Assembly: GCA_018304635.1 (NCBI GenBank)
Contig: JAGVVW010000002.1
Span: 1 to 56,175, forward strand
DNA: 56,175 bases
Reading direction: 5' to 3'
Source of the DNA: Candidatus Aenigmatarchaeota archaeon
Lineage (GTDB): Archaea; Aenigmatarchaeota; Aenigmatarchaeia; GW2011-AR5; JACRMX01
Part shown: positions 7,352-17,216 of the stretch, in pieces
How the letters are laid out: every line of letters begins with the position of its first letter
Numbering within the stretch: position 1 is the first letter of the stretch
Translations under genes and position numbers: made by a program
Notes under the pieces: generated by a model
The model's input: the letters and a program-made list of their open reading frames with translations, nothing else
Database searches by the model: none
What the model was told of the DNA's origin: nothing

Positions 7352-7390
7352 TTTTTTCATTTCCCTCATCTGATAGGGGGAATGAAAAAA
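7352..7390. terminator. Long hairpin flanked by T/A runs downstream of dph5 (possible bidirectional terminator)
   Basis: ttttttcatttccct-catctgat-agggggaatgaaaaaa. It has a stem of about 14 bp with one small bulge and begins with T6 and ends with A6. Confidence 0.4.
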
Positions 7391-7479
7391 TAGATATACA
7401 CGTGTAGCATAAATAAGTTACGTAATTCACAATATTCCGGGAATTCTTTATTTAAATGGTTTAATGCTAATTTCTGATT

Positions 7480-8277
7480 ATGTTGTTGCATACATCAAAT
7501 ACATTTATAAACTATAATCACAAACTGAAGGAAGCTGACATCATTTTTATAGGCATTCGCTTCTCTGGTCGTGCACTGAATTCCTGTTCTTATTACGGAT
7601 CAACAATTGTCCGAGAATCTTTGAAACTCACAGAAGATTCTGAAAGATTATTTGAAAAATTAAAAATCTGCGATGTAGGTGATATTGAACCCGGAACCAG
7701 CTTTGAAACAATGAGCAGTCAGATAAGAGATACGATTGAGGAAATCAAAAATCAGAACAGTAAAGCAATGCTTTGCCTCATTGGCGGTGACCATTCAATA
7801 ACACTGCCGGTTATTGAAGCTCTTAAGCCGAAAACGATCGTACAGTTTGATGCTCATGCTGACATGCGAAGTGAATTTTTAGGAGACAGATACATGCAAC
7901 AGACATGGGCATATCATGCAGCTCAGAAATGCAAAATTATTCAGGTTGGAGTTCGTGCACAGAGCAGAGAAGAAATTGAAAACGCCAAAAATCTTAACGT
8001 AGTGCAAATGAACCCGGAAGAATTCATTAGAATTTCAAAAAATATCCAAAATCCTGTTCATATAACACTTGACATGGATGTATTTGATCCTTGTTACGTT
8101 GAAACGGGTTTGCCAGAACCAGATGGCTTAACACCCAAACAAGTTCTGGAATGTTTGCAAAAAATAAATCCAGATAGCATTGATATTGTAGAAATTTCTG
8201 ATAATAGATTGCCAAGCAAGACAGGTGCATTGGCAGCTGCATGTTTGGAAAGGATGTGGAATAGTGAAAGATCTTGA
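7480..8277 (+). CDS. speB: Agmatinase/arginase-family ureohydrolase
   Basis: Mn-binding motifs GGDHSIT, DAHADMR and LDMDVFDP, followed by PEPDGLT. Confidence 0.8.
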   Translation: MLLHTSNTFINYNHKLKEADIIFIGIRFSGRALNSCSYYGSTIVRESLKLTEDSERLFEKLKICDVGDIEPGTSFETMSSQIRDTIEEIKNQNSKAMLCLIGGDHSITLPVIEALKPKTIVQFDAHADMRSEFLGDRYMQQTWAYHAAQKCKIIQVGVRAQSREEIENAKNLNVVQMNPEEFIRISKNIQNPVHITLDMDVFDPCYVETGLPEPDGLTPKQVLECLQKINPDSIDIVEISDNRLPSKTGALAAACLERMWNSERS

Positions 8278-8914
8278 AAAAATTTACCAGAAACGTTTTG
8301 GAAAAGACTCTGAATTTCGGAATAATATGTATAAAGTTCTTTGCAAATCATTTTTCCAGAAATATGTACCTGAAAATTCTGTTGTTTTAGACGTGGCTGC
8401 AGGTTATTGTGAATTCATAAATCATATAAAAGCAGGGAAGAAAATTGCTATCGATATAAATACCGATATTAAAAAATTTTCAGGAAATGATGTTGAAGCA
8501 ATTCTTTGCAGTTCAACAAACATGAAAAGTATCAAAAAAGAAAGTATAGACGTGGTTTTTTCCAGCAACTTTTTTGAGCATCTTACAAAACCTGATGTCA
8601 TCAAAACTATAAGCGAAATTCATCGCGTACTAAAGCCCAGTGGCAAACTGCTTGTGCTTCAACCGAATATCCGATATTGTTATAAAGATTACTGGATGTT
8701 TTTCGATCACATAATACCACTGGATGACCGTAGTCTTGTAGAAATACTGGAAATAAACAGATTTAAAATAGTGGAATGCAGGCCGAAGTTTCTGCCATTC
8801 ACCACAAAAAGCAAACTACCTAAATCAATAACACTTTTAAAATTATATCTCAGAATGCCTTTGGCCCAAAAAATCTTCGGTAAGCAGGCTTTTGTTTATG
8901 CTGTTAAAATTTAA
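8225..8914 (+). CDS. Class I SAM-dependent methyltransferase
   Basis: Motif I VLDVAAGYCEF, then DVVFSSNFFEHL and LKPSGKLLVLQP. The in-frame GTG at 8264 (VKDLEKIYQKRFG), which overlaps the speB stop region, is a more likely start than 8225. Confidence 0.7.
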   Translation: MHWQLHVWKGCGIVKDLEKIYQKRFGKDSEFRNNMYKVLCKSFFQKYVPENSVVLDVAAGYCEFINHIKAGKKIAIDINTDIKKFSGNDVEAILCSSTNMKSIKKESIDVVFSSNFFEHLTKPDVIKTISEIHRVLKPSGKLLVLQPNIRYCYKDYWMFFDHIIPLDDRSLVEILEINRFKIVECRPKFLPFTTKSKLPKSITLLKLYLRMPLAQKIFGKQAFVYAVKI

Positions 8915-8948
8915 AGTGGTATTTAAATTTTCGTGATAAGAGTTACAA

Positions 8949-9905
8949 ATGCTGGAATATTTTCTGATAGCTTTTGTTGGCTTCGCCGTAACTGTTGGCA
9001 TAATGCCTGTTCTTTCGAAATTTCTGAAAAAAAAAGGTATTGTATCATATGACAAGCACAAAAACACAGGAGAACAAATTCCTGAATGGGGCGGGCTTGG
9101 GATATTTATCGGGTTTGTTGTTTCAATGCTTGCTGCATCGATGTTAACAGGATTTATTCAGATTATCTGGATTTCGATTTCGATTGTATTTCTTTGCACT
9201 GTAATCGGAATGCTTGATTATATTTTGCACTTGATGGACTTGCAAAAAGTTATGCTTCCATTATTAGTAGCTATACCCTTTGTTATAATTCAGCCTGTAA
9301 GCACTGAAATTGTTTTTCCGTTTATTGGGACGATTGATTTCGGGATATGGTATTATATTGTTTTAGTACCGCTTGCAATTACTGGAGCATGTAATGCAAT
9401 AAACATGCTGGCAGGCCTGAATGGATTAGAAGCTGGAAACAGCCTTGTGATTTTAACAGGAAGCACAATACTTTTCTTGATCGCCGATAACACTAATAGT
9501 CTTGTTTTATCAATAGCCATGATTGGACCGATAATTGGATTTCTTGTCTACAATAAATATCCTGCAAAAATATTTCCCGGAGATGTAGGTACATTTGCAA
9601 TGGGCGGTTTGATAGCTATGGTAGCTATTTTTTCAAAATTGGAATTTTTCATTGCAATAATGATGATTCCACAGTTTATTGAATTCTTCCTGAAGTTGCG
9701 TAGCAGATTCAAGGCTGAAAACTTTGGGAATATAAAAGGAAGTATTTTGACATCGCCGTATACAGCAAAATATTCTCTTACACACTTTTTCTACAGCGAA
9801 AACCGTTTCAATGAAAAAGAAATAGTCTATAAGTTATGGATATTCCAAGCTGTCTTTATTTTGCTTGCAGTTTCACTTTTTATATGGGGCGGATTTAAAT
9901 TATGA
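8949..9905 (+). CDS. Glycosyltransferase family 4 (MraY/WecA/AglH-like) polyprenyl-phosphate GlcNAc-1-phosphate transferase
   Basis: Polytopic membrane protein with NAINMLAGLNGLEAGN and a later FPGDVGT motif, characteristic of the polyprenyl-P HexNAc-1-P transferase family. Confidence 0.8.
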   Translation: MLEYFLIAFVGFAVTVGIMPVLSKFLKKKGIVSYDKHKNTGEQIPEWGGLGIFIGFVVSMLAASMLTGFIQIIWISISIVFLCTVIGMLDYILHLMDLQKVMLPLLVAIPFVIIQPVSTEIVFPFIGTIDFGIWYYIVLVPLAITGACNAINMLAGLNGLEAGNSLVILTGSTILFLIADNTNSLVLSIAMIGPIIGFLVYNKYPAKIFPGDVGTFAMGGLIAMVAIFSKLEFFIAIMMIPQFIEFFLKLRSRFKAENFGNIKGSILTSPYTAKYSLTHFFYSENRFNEKEIVYKLWIFQAVFILLAVSLFIWGGFKL

Positions 9906-10750
9906 AGTTTACAGTCGGCATAGCAGCTTATAACGAGGAAAAAACACTGCCAAAAACAATTCCTTTAATGCTTGAACATCTTGGGAAAAACCATCTCATT
10001 ATATCTGCATGTGGCAGTGATACAATAAGAATTGCAAATGAACTAGCAAAAAAAGATGAAAGAATAATAATTATTGAAGAACATAAAAGAGAAGGTAAAG
10101 CAGCTGCCTTGAATAAAATACTTAAAGCTGCAAAAACCGAAGTAATAATCTTAACTGATGCTGATGTTATTCCGGAAAAGGGTTCTTTTGAACTTATTTC
10201 TGAACATTTCAAAAAACCTAATATTGGATATGTATCAGGTCGTGCGATCGCCTTAAACAACGATAAGTCTGTTTTTACATTTTACGCTAACTTTTCTTAT
10301 GGCACTATGCATGAGCTGCGTTTGAAATGCCATAAGCTGCCAACTGGTTATTTATTTGGAATAAGAAAATCATCTGTCAGTCCAATACCTGACTGCCACT
10401 CAGAAGATGCATTGATAGGTACTATGATTAGTAGCAATGGTTATGAATTTGTTTATGAACCTAAAGCTGTTGTAAAAGTTTTATATCCCACGAACTGGAA
10501 GGATTTTTTTATTCAGAAAACCAGAACAAGACTCGGACACTTGGAAGTAAAGCATAGAATGAAAATGAATTTCAGGGAATTCAGACCAAGAGGAGAAATT
10601 TTAAATATGCTTCGAAAATATAACACCAAAGAAAAGCTTTTGATTGCTTTTTACATGCTTGCAGAAAGCCTTGTATGGATTAAGGCATGGGTTAAGTTTA
10701 AAACAGGCAGAAAAGGATGGGAACGTGTGGAGAGCAGTAAAAAGATATAA
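9902..10750 (+). CDS. Glycosyltransferase family 2
   Basis: N-terminal VGIAAYNEEKTL and LTDADV (DxD) in a GT-A fold. It has a 4-nt overlap with the upstream gene. Confidence 0.75.
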   Translation: MKFTVGIAAYNEEKTLPKTIPLMLEHLGKNHLIISACGSDTIRIANELAKKDERIIIIEEHKREGKAAALNKILKAAKTEVIILTDADVIPEKGSFELISEHFKKPNIGYVSGRAIALNNDKSVFTFYANFSYGTMHELRLKCHKLPTGYLFGIRKSSVSPIPDCHSEDALIGTMISSNGYEFVYEPKAVVKVLYPTNWKDFFIQKTRTRLGHLEVKHRMKMNFREFRPRGEILNMLRKYNTKEKLLIAFYMLAESLVWIKAWVKFKTGRKGWERVESSKKI

Positions 10751-10817
10751 GCCTTTTTCAAGATTTGAAATTTTAGTCTATGAAAAATCCTTGGGAAAAA
10801 TATTATAAAGCCTTTTT

Positions 10818-11570
10818 CTAACGAAATAGAAAGTTACACTTCTTTTTGATGTTTTCAATAATATGCTTTTTATTTATCTCTATGTTTTCAGGAATAAGAT
10901 AATTTATTTCCAAAGGGTCAAAAGATTCAATCTTATCCAAAAATACAGAAATTTCAAATTTTTTGATTCCTACACTGATAAGTTTTTTAATAAACATATC
11001 CTTCATTATTTTCTTGGAAAAATTGAGCTGCATGAGATAAAACACATCTATAATATCTTTCGCATGACCTCTTGTATATAAAGCACGAAGTTTTTCACCC
11101 ACCAACTCCTCAATTTTCATCGCAGAAACTTTAAAATTTTCAATATCTGGATAGAAATGGATTACTTTCTTTTTCACTGGATTCAATAAGGGCCTTTCCC
11201 TGAAACTTAAATCTATTTTAAAAAAGTTTTTGTATCTGAGAGGTCCGATAAATGAAACGGAAAACGATTCGGACTCCTTGCCTTTGAATTTATCCCTGAA
11301 TTCAAGTCGAAACTCATTTCGTTTAAAAATATTCCGGAACACCTGCTCGAAATTTTTCCGTTTTAAAACTGTGAAATCCAGATCTTCTGAAAACCTGAAA
11401 CCTTCGATATACAATTTTTTAATAGCAGTTCCGCCTTTAAAAACCAGCGGCTCATCACGGATTTCATAAAGAAATTTCGTTATCATATAATCTTTTTCAA
11501 TAACACCGGCAGGAACTCCGGACTGTGATGCCAATCTCCTTATGATAACATCATCTAACATCATTAACAA
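10818..11570 (-). CDS. abiEii: AbiEii/AbiGii-family nucleotidyltransferase toxin (type IV TA)
   Basis: GVIEKDYMITKFLYEI...LVFKGGTAIKKLY...FRFSEDLDFT is the DUF1814/AbiEii signature. The gene overlaps the upstream antitoxin gene by 11-20 nt, depending on which Met is used. Confidence 0.8.
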   Translation of the reverse strand: MLMMLDDVIIRRLASQSGVPAGVIEKDYMITKFLYEIRDEPLVFKGGTAIKKLYIEGFRFSEDLDFTVLKRKNFEQVFRNIFKRNEFRLEFRDKFKGKESESFSVSFIGPLRYKNFFKIDLSFRERPLLNPVKKKVIHFYPDIENFKVSAMKIEELVGEKLRALYTRGHAKDIIDVFYLMQLNFSKKIMKDMFIKKLISVGIKKFEISVFLDKIESFDPLEINYLIPENIEINKKHIIENIKKKCNFLFR

Positions 11571-12282
11571 CCATCCACTTTTTATTTTTAAACACGGATT
11601 CGCTGGAAATGTTTAATTTTGTGTAGAATGAAACTTTTTTAACTTTAATAAGCATTTGTCGTTCTGAATGTGAAGGGATTTTAATTTTATTATATTCAAG
11701 AACATATCCCAGTCGTCTGATTAAAGACATGTTATTTATACGAAAAGCATAATTTATCAGCTTTTCAGTATAATATTTATTTTTAAAACAACCAATAACA
11801 TGTCTGATACCGCCGGCATATTTCGGCTTTTCCAGAGAATCCAGCAATGCCCTTTCCCTATCTGCCATAAAAATTTTTGCACCCTGAAATTCAACACATT
11901 TAAATCCGAAAAATTTTTTCTCTGAAATCTTTATCATTTGAATATCAAGAAATCTGCCATATTCTTCCGTTGTAGCAGCTATTTGAATCATGGGAACCTG
12001 ATCTGTTAAACCGTGAAAATTAAGTGCTGTTATAAATGAAAAATAATATTTCTTTATAACTTCTGAAAAAACCGATATGCTGTTTTCTTCCGGTTTTGTA
12101 TAAACTCCTTTTTTAACCCTGATCAGCAGACCCTTTTTTGCCATCCTGTGCAGAATAACAGAAGCCTCATTTTTTGTACATACGAACATGCCTATAACAT
12201 CCAGTACTGATACTGTTCGTTTTTTGTGATCCAGTACAACGCTTTCCATTTTGCTCATGGTTTTCATGAATATATTCATCAC
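11551..12282 (-). CDS. abiEi: AbiEi-family antitoxin / transcriptional regulator
   Basis: The N-terminal winged-helix-like segment ...TKNEASVILHRMAKKGLLIRVKKGVYTKP matches the AbiEi pattern (L.RL.KKG.L.R..RGVY). It is followed by a C-terminal domain of about 150 aa. It sits immediately upstream of and overlaps abiEii. Confidence 0.7.
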   Translation of the reverse strand: MMNIFMKTMSKMESVVLDHKKRTVSVLDVIGMFVCTKNEASVILHRMAKKGLLIRVKKGVYTKPEENSISVFSEVIKKYYFSFITALNFHGLTDQVPMIQIAATTEEYGRFLDIQMIKISEKKFFGFKCVEFQGAKIFMADRERALLDSLEKPKYAGGIRHVIGCFKNKYYTEKLINYAFRINNMSLIRRLGYVLEYNKIKIPSHSERQMLIKVKKVSFYTKLNISSESVFKNKKWMVVNDVR

Positions 12283-12310
12283 AAAGAGTATAAATACTTT
12301 TTTTGTCTAA

Positions 12311-12327
12311 ATTAACAAACTGTTAAT
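12311..12327. promoter_or_regulatory. Perfect 7-3-7 palindrome upstream of abiEi (candidate AbiEi operator)
   Basis: attaaca-aac-tgttaat lies 29-45 nt upstream of the abiEi ORF start. A TATTTATA box (minus strand) lies between it and the start codon. Confidence 0.3.
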
Positions 12328-12525
12328 CTACAGTAAAATTATATTTTAGCAGTTTTTCTTGGGTTGACATCGTTTTGAGCAAAGAGATTCCTTTCGATTT
12401 ATGTATGATTTTTTCAGCCTCCATTTTTGGATGGAGAACCTGAAAAAATCCTTCATATCTTCCACATCTCAATCTGGTCCCAGTTTTCTTTGCCTCCGAT
12501 GAAATCTGGGCAAAGAAAACTTTCA

Positions 12526-12582
12526 TGCTCAAAGAACCAAAGGTTCTTTGGCATATCAGAAAGCATAGCTTTCTGAATATCA
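12526..12582. repeat. Twin-hairpin element, copy B (57 nt)
   Basis: Sequence tgctCAAAGAACCaaaGGTTCTTTGgcataTCAGAAAGCataGCTTTCTGAatatca. The hairpins are at 12530-12550 and 12556-12576. The differences from copy A fall in the second loop (gaa vs ata) and in unpaired flanks. The stems are untouched. Confidence 0.85.
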
Positions 12583-12641
12583 TGCACGTACTGAAAGGAA
12601 TCATACAGCAAAGTTTTCGAAATATATAAAATTATCCGTGA

Positions 12642-13367
12642 ATGATTATTATGCCCCCTGAAATTTCAATAATAATACCTGCAAGAAATGAGGAAGGAAA
12701 TATAGAGTCAACAATAGTGAACTGTTATAAGAAAGTCAGTCCTGAAAAGGAAATTATAGTCATAGATGATCATTCCTCTGATAAAACATATGAAATAGTG
12801 AACTCACTAAAGAAAAAATTCAAATATGTCAGGATTTTTAAAAATGAAAATAATGCAGGATTCGGAAACGCACTCAGGTTTGGATTTCAGAAAGCCAATG
12901 GAAAATATATTGTACCTGTGATGGCAGACCTCTGCGACGATCCGGGCACTATAAATAAAATGTATGAGAAGGCGGAGGAAGGGTTTGACATAGTGTGCGG
13001 ATGCAGATATATGAAAGGTAGCGATATGATTAACTCACCAATCATCAAAAAATTCATCTCCAAAAATTACGGAAAGCTCATAAATATGGTTCTTGGAATA
13101 CCCACAAAAGACATTACAAATGCATTTAAGCTATACAGAAAAACAATATTTGAAAACATAGAAATTGAAAAAAACGATTTTTCAATATCAGTTGAAATCC
13201 CACTGAAAGCGTATTTTAAGAAATATAGAATAACTGATGTACCGACTATTTGGTACGGTCGGAAAAAGGGAAAATCGAAATTCAAAATATTTAAGATGGG
13301 AAAATCTTATTTCAATATGTTTATTTTTGGGCTGAAGAAAAGTATGAACTTTGTCAAAGGTGGTTAA
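12642..13367 (+). CDS. GT2 glycosyltransferase, dolichyl/polyprenyl-phosphate hexose synthase (Dpm1-like)
   Basis: [35 protein letters not shown] and MADLCDDP. The protein is short (241 aa) and has Dpm1-like architecture. Confidence 0.8.
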   Translation: MIIMPPEISIIIPARNEEGNIESTIVNCYKKVSPEKEIIVIDDHSSDKTYEIVNSLKKKFKYVRIFKNENNAGFGNALRFGFQKANGKYIVPVMADLCDDPGTINKMYEKAEEGFDIVCGCRYMKGSDMINSPIIKKFISKNYGKLINMVLGIPTKDITNAFKLYRKTIFENIEIEKNDFSISVEIPLKAYFKKYRITDVPTIWYGRKKGKSKFKIFKMGKSYFNMFIFGLKKSMNFVKGG

Positions 13368-13908
13368 AATGAAAAAAAATGTACACAAAAATGTGTCCAT
13401 AGGTGAATATCCTGAAACGGGTGAAGTGAATGTCGGCAACAATGCTGTAATAAGAGAGGGTTCTATTATTTATTCGGGCGTTAGAATAGGTGATAATCTG
13501 AAAACCGGGCATCATATATTAATAAGAGAAAAAACAGAAATAGGAAACAATGTCCTTGTAGGCACTCATGTTGTGATTGATGGTTATTGTAAAATTGGAA
13601 ATAATGTTTCTATCCAATCAGGAGCTTATATTACAAAAAATACAATAATAGAAGATGATGTCTTTATTGGACCGGGAGTTAAGACATTGAATGATAAATA
13701 TATGAAAAATCCAAGTTTGGGAGAAGAAGCAAAATTAATAGGCCCTGTTATAAAAAAGGGTGCTAAAATAGGTGGCGGTAGTGTTATTTTACCTGGTATT
13801 GAAATAGGAGAAAATGCAATTATCGGAGCTGGATCTGTTGTAACAAGGAACGTTCCTCCGGAAAAAATTTATATTGGAAATCCTGCAAAAGAACTCAAAA
13901 GAGGTTAA
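13351..13908 (+). CDS. Left-handed beta-helix (hexapeptide-repeat) sugar N-acetyltransferase, WbpD-like
   Basis: Consecutive hexapeptide repeats ([31 protein letters not shown]...[13 protein letters not shown]). The likely start is ATG 13369, directly after the upstream stop. It is adjacent to WbpE/B/A-like genes. Confidence 0.8.
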   Translation: MSKVVKMKKNVHKNVSIGEYPETGEVNVGNNAVIREGSIIYSGVRIGDNLKTGHHILIREKTEIGNNVLVGTHVVIDGYCKIGNNVSIQSGAYITKNTIIEDDVFIGPGVKTLNDKYMKNPSLGEEAKLIGPVIKKGAKIGGGSVILPGIEIGENAIIGAGSVVTRNVPPEKIYIGNPAKELKRG

Positions 13909-13911
13909 CTT

Positions 13912-14976
13912 ATGATATCCATTGCAAAACCCATAATAAGACAGAAAGAACTGGATGCAATTGAGAGTGTCATTGAAAGTGGAAATTTTGCACAAGGACC
14001 GGTGGTAAAAGAATTTGAAAATAAATTTGCAAAATACATAGGAACAAAATATGCTATTGCTGTCAATAGTGGAACAGCAGCTCTGCATGTTGCAATAGCA
14101 GCAGCAGGAATTAAAAAAGAAGTGATTGTACCATCATTTACATTCGGCTCAACAGCAACAAGTGTTATTCATGCAGGAGCAAAACCTGTTTTTGCAGATG
14201 TTTCAGATGATGACTATAATATAAATCCCGAAAGTATAAAACAAAAAATAACAGATAAAACAGAAGCAATACTTCCTGTACATCTTTTCGGTCAGCCGTG
14301 CGATATGGAAAAAATAATCGAACTTGCAAAAGAGAATGATTTAATAATTATTGAAGACTGCTGCCAGGCTCATGGCGCAGAATTCAATGAAAAAAAAGTC
14401 GGGTCCTTCGGAATCGGCTGCTTTTCTTTCTATCCAACGAAAAACATGACAACCTTTGAAGGTGGTATAATAACAACAGATAACTTGGAAATAGCAGAAA
14501 AATCCAGAATGCTGAGAAATCATGGATGTAAAGAAAGATATAAACATGAAATAATCGGTTACAACTTCAGAATGACTGACATCTCAGCTGCAGTAGGAAT
14601 TGTACAGCTGGAAAACCTTGAAAAATGGAATTCAAAAAGAATAGAAAATGCAGGATATTTATCAGAAAATATAAACATTCCTTTCATAGAAAAGCCCGTC
14701 ATAAAAGAGGGGAGAAAACATGTATTCAATCAGTATACAATAAAAGTTAGAAACAATAAAAGAGATGAACTGTCGGAATTTCTTAATAAAAAAGAAATAG
14801 GAACAGGAATATACTATCCAGAACCTTTACACAAACAACCGATATTTAACAACAATTATTTTTTACCGGTCTCCGAATCTCTATGTTTGAAAATTTTATC
14901 TCTGCCTGTACATGCTGCTCTGGAAAAAAAAGACATGGATCATATTATCAACACTTTAAAAGATTTTAGTAGATAA
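13912..14976 (+). CDS. DegT/DnrJ/EryC1-family PLP-dependent sugar aminotransferase, WbpE-like
   Basis: NSGTAALHVA, DCCQAHGA and FSFYPTKNMTTFEGGIITT (PLP lysine context). Confidence 0.85.
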   Translation: MISIAKPIIRQKELDAIESVIESGNFAQGPVVKEFENKFAKYIGTKYAIAVNSGTAALHVAIAAAGIKKEVIVPSFTFGSTATSVIHAGAKPVFADVSDDDYNINPESIKQKITDKTEAILPVHLFGQPCDMEKIIELAKENDLIIIEDCCQAHGAEFNEKKVGSFGIGCFSFYPTKNMTTFEGGIITTDNLEIAEKSRMLRNHGCKERYKHEIIGYNFRMTDISAAVGIVQLENLEKWNSKRIENAGYLSENINIPFIEKPVIKEGRKHVFNQYTIKVRNNKRDELSEFLNKKEIGTGIYYPEPLHKQPIFNNNYFLPVSESLCLKILSLPVHAALEKKDMDHIINTLKDFSR

Positions 14977-14983
14977 TTAAACC

Positions 14984-15958
14984 ATGCTTAAAGCAGCAGT
15001 GATAGGAACAGGTTACATGGGAAAAAACCACTGTAGAATCTACCGCGATATATACGGCATTGATCTTATTTCTGTGTCTGATACAAATTTTGAAGAAGCT
15101 AAAAAGACCTCTGATAAATTTTCATGTAAAGCATATGACAATTCCGCAGAGATGATAAAAAAAGAAAATCCTGATTTTGTTTCCATATGTGTACCAACTA
15201 TATTGCATAAAGACATAGCACTGGAAGTTATAAATTCAGGATGCCACGCATTGATTGAAAAACCAATAGCTGACAGTTCTGAAAATGCAATGAAAATTAT
15301 TAATTCTGCAAAAGAAAAAGATGTGAAATTAATGATTGGACATATTGAAAGGTTTAACCCTGTAATAAAAAAAATATTCCAGTGCATTGAATCAGGCATG
15401 ATTGGAAAGATTTGGTGTATCAACACCGTAAGAAAAAATCCAACTCCGGACAGGATTCGCGATGTGGGTGTTGTGATAGATCTTGCTGTTCACGACATTG
15501 ATATTATGCGATATCTCTTGAAGTCTGAACCAGTTAGAATATCAGCAGAAACAGGAAAATATGCAACAAAAAATGAAGATATCATGAATGCTCTGTTGCG
15601 ATTTGAAAACGGTGTCCTTGGTATTTTAGATGTGAATTGGATAACACCACTAAAAATCAGGGAAATATACATAAATGGAGAAAAAGGCATGTTAAAAGCA
15701 GATTACATTTCACAGAATCTGGAATTTTTTGGAAACAGCGCCTATCCATCGAATGATATAGATTATTCTCAAACACTCATGGGAATATCTCAGGGTGAGA
15801 TTAGAAAAATACCTGTTGACAAGAGAGAACCGCTGAAAGTAGAATTAGAAGCTTTTATTGATTGTATAAAAAATAATAAAGAACCTCCTGTTACAGGTCA
15901 GGATGGTTTAAGAGCTCTTGAAATCGCTGAAACAATATTAAAAAAATCTGCTGAGTGA
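14984..15958 (+). CDS. Gfo/Idh/MocA-family NAD-dependent sugar oxidoreductase, WbpB-like
   Basis: N-terminal Rossmann AAVIGTGYMGKNH, the EKPIA motif, and a C-terminal alpha/beta dimerisation domain. Confidence 0.8.
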   Translation: MLKAAVIGTGYMGKNHCRIYRDIYGIDLISVSDTNFEEAKKTSDKFSCKAYDNSAEMIKKENPDFVSICVPTILHKDIALEVINSGCHALIEKPIADSSENAMKIINSAKEKDVKLMIGHIERFNPVIKKIFQCIESGMIGKIWCINTVRKNPTPDRIRDVGVVIDLAVHDIDIMRYLLKSEPVRISAETGKYATKNEDIMNALLRFENGVLGILDVNWITPLKIREIYINGEKGMLKADYISQNLEFFGNSAYPSNDIDYSQTLMGISQGEIRKIPVDKREPLKVELEAFIDCIKNNKEPPVTGQDGLRALEIAETILKKSAE

Positions 15959-15962
15959 TTGT

Positions 15963-17216
15963 ATGAATGATAAAGTAGCTGTTATAGGCCTAGGAAAGGT
16001 AGGAATTCCAATCGTAGCTCAGTGCTTAAGCAAAGGAATGAATGTAACAGGAATAGATATAAACAATCAAACAATAGAGAATTTAAACAAAGGAATAATC
16101 AATGTAGATGAACCTGAAGCTGAAAACATTATAAAAAAAGCTCTGGAAAGAAAATTCTTCGTAGCCAGTACAAAATTTGAAGATATCTCTGAGTGTGATA
16201 TAGTCATTGTAATAATACCGCTTGTTATTGATGATGATAAAAACATTAAATATGGTCCTATTGAAAATCTGACAGTTACAATTTCAAAATTTGTTAAAAC
16301 AAATAGTCTTGTAATATACGAAACAACTCTTCCAATAGGCGATACTAGACGTTTTTCAGAAATGTTGAGAAAGGAAAAAAATATTTATGTTGCGTACAGC
16401 CCTGAACGGGTATATGCCGGTAGAATCCTGAAAGATCTTGCAACTTACCCAAAAATATTGGGTGGTGTGGATGAGCAAAGCTCAAGAAAGGCAGAAGAAT
16501 TTTATAAAAAATTACTGGATGTTAAGGTATTAGTTGCAAAAAATAGTGAAACAGCAGAAGCTTCAAAACTTTTTGACATGATATACAGGGACACCAACAT
16601 AGCTCTCGCAAATGAATATGCAAAATTTTGCCAGGACACTAACATAGATGTGGATGAAGTTATTGAATTGGCAAATACAAATCCTTTTGTGAACATACAC
16701 CTCCCTGGAATAGGTGTTGGAGGCCACTGCACACCTGTTTATCCATACTTTTTAATAAATAAATCTAAAGTTACAATACCTTCATTTGCTAGAAAAATAA
16801 ACGAGAGAATGCCGGAATTTGGTGTCAATATACTTCAAAAGGAATTGAATAAAATCGGAAAATCTATTTCTGAATCTTCTGTACTGGTTCTGGGTTTGTC
16901 ATTCAGACCGGGTGTTAAGGAACCTGCATTTAGTCCATCTATAAAAGTCATAGAAGAACTTAAAAATCACAATGCATGTGTTTATTTACATGACCCAATG
17001 TTCTCGGAAAAAGAGATAAGAAATTTTTGTGAATATGGGAATCTTAATGCAAACTACGATGCTGTCATACTCTGCACAGCACATCCTGAATACTTAAAAA
17101 TAGATTTTTCAGACATGAAAAATAAAGGCTTGAAAATTATAATTGATGGAAGAAATGTTCTAAAAAAAGAAAAAATAAAAAGTCTCGGTTTAATTTACAG
17201 AGGTATTGGAAAATGA
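15963..17216 (+). CDS. UDP-sugar 6-dehydrogenase (UDP-GlcNAc/ManNAc dehydrogenase, WbpA/WecC-like)
   Basis: VAVIGLGKVGIPIVA Rossmann motif, catalytic Cys context GVGGHCTPVYP, and a C-terminal UDP-binding domain. 417 aa. Confidence 0.85.
   Translation: MNDKVAVIGLGKVGIPIVAQCLSKGMNVTGIDINNQTIENLNKGIINVDEPEAENIIKKALERKFFVASTKFEDISECDIVIVIIPLVIDDDKNIKYGPIENLTVTISKFVKTNSLVIYETTLPIGDTRRFSEMLRKEKNIYVAYSPERVYAGRILKDLATYPKILGGVDEQSSRKAEEFYKKLLDVKVLVAKNSETAEASKLFDMIYRDTNIALANEYAKFCQDTNIDVDEVIELANTNPFVNIHLPGIGVGGHCTPVYPYFLINKSKVTIPSFARKINERMPEFGVNILQKELNKIGKSISESSVLVLGLSFRPGVKEPAFSPSIKVIEELKNHNACVYLHDPMFSEKEIRNFCEYGNLNANYDAVILCTAHPEYLKIDFSDMKNKGLKIIIDGRNVLKKEKIKSLGLIYRGIGK

Noticed and set aside
7163-7369. 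The 68-aa minus-strand ORF downstream of dph5, and the 63-aa ORF at 49135-49326.
   Set aside because: The first overlaps the dph5 3' end and runs into the terminator-like hairpin. The second sits in a promoter/terminator spacer. Neither has a recognisable motif, and both are probably spurious.
12323-12604. The 93-aa minus-strand ORF, and the analogous plus-strand ORF at 5909-6127, read as protein-coding genes.
   Set aside because: Both ORFs run straight through the palindromic twin-hairpin element, and in different frames or strands at the two loci. The conserved part is therefore explained by DNA/RNA structure, not by a shared peptide. No family motif was recognised. The distal 67 codons of 12323-12523 remain an unresolved possibility.
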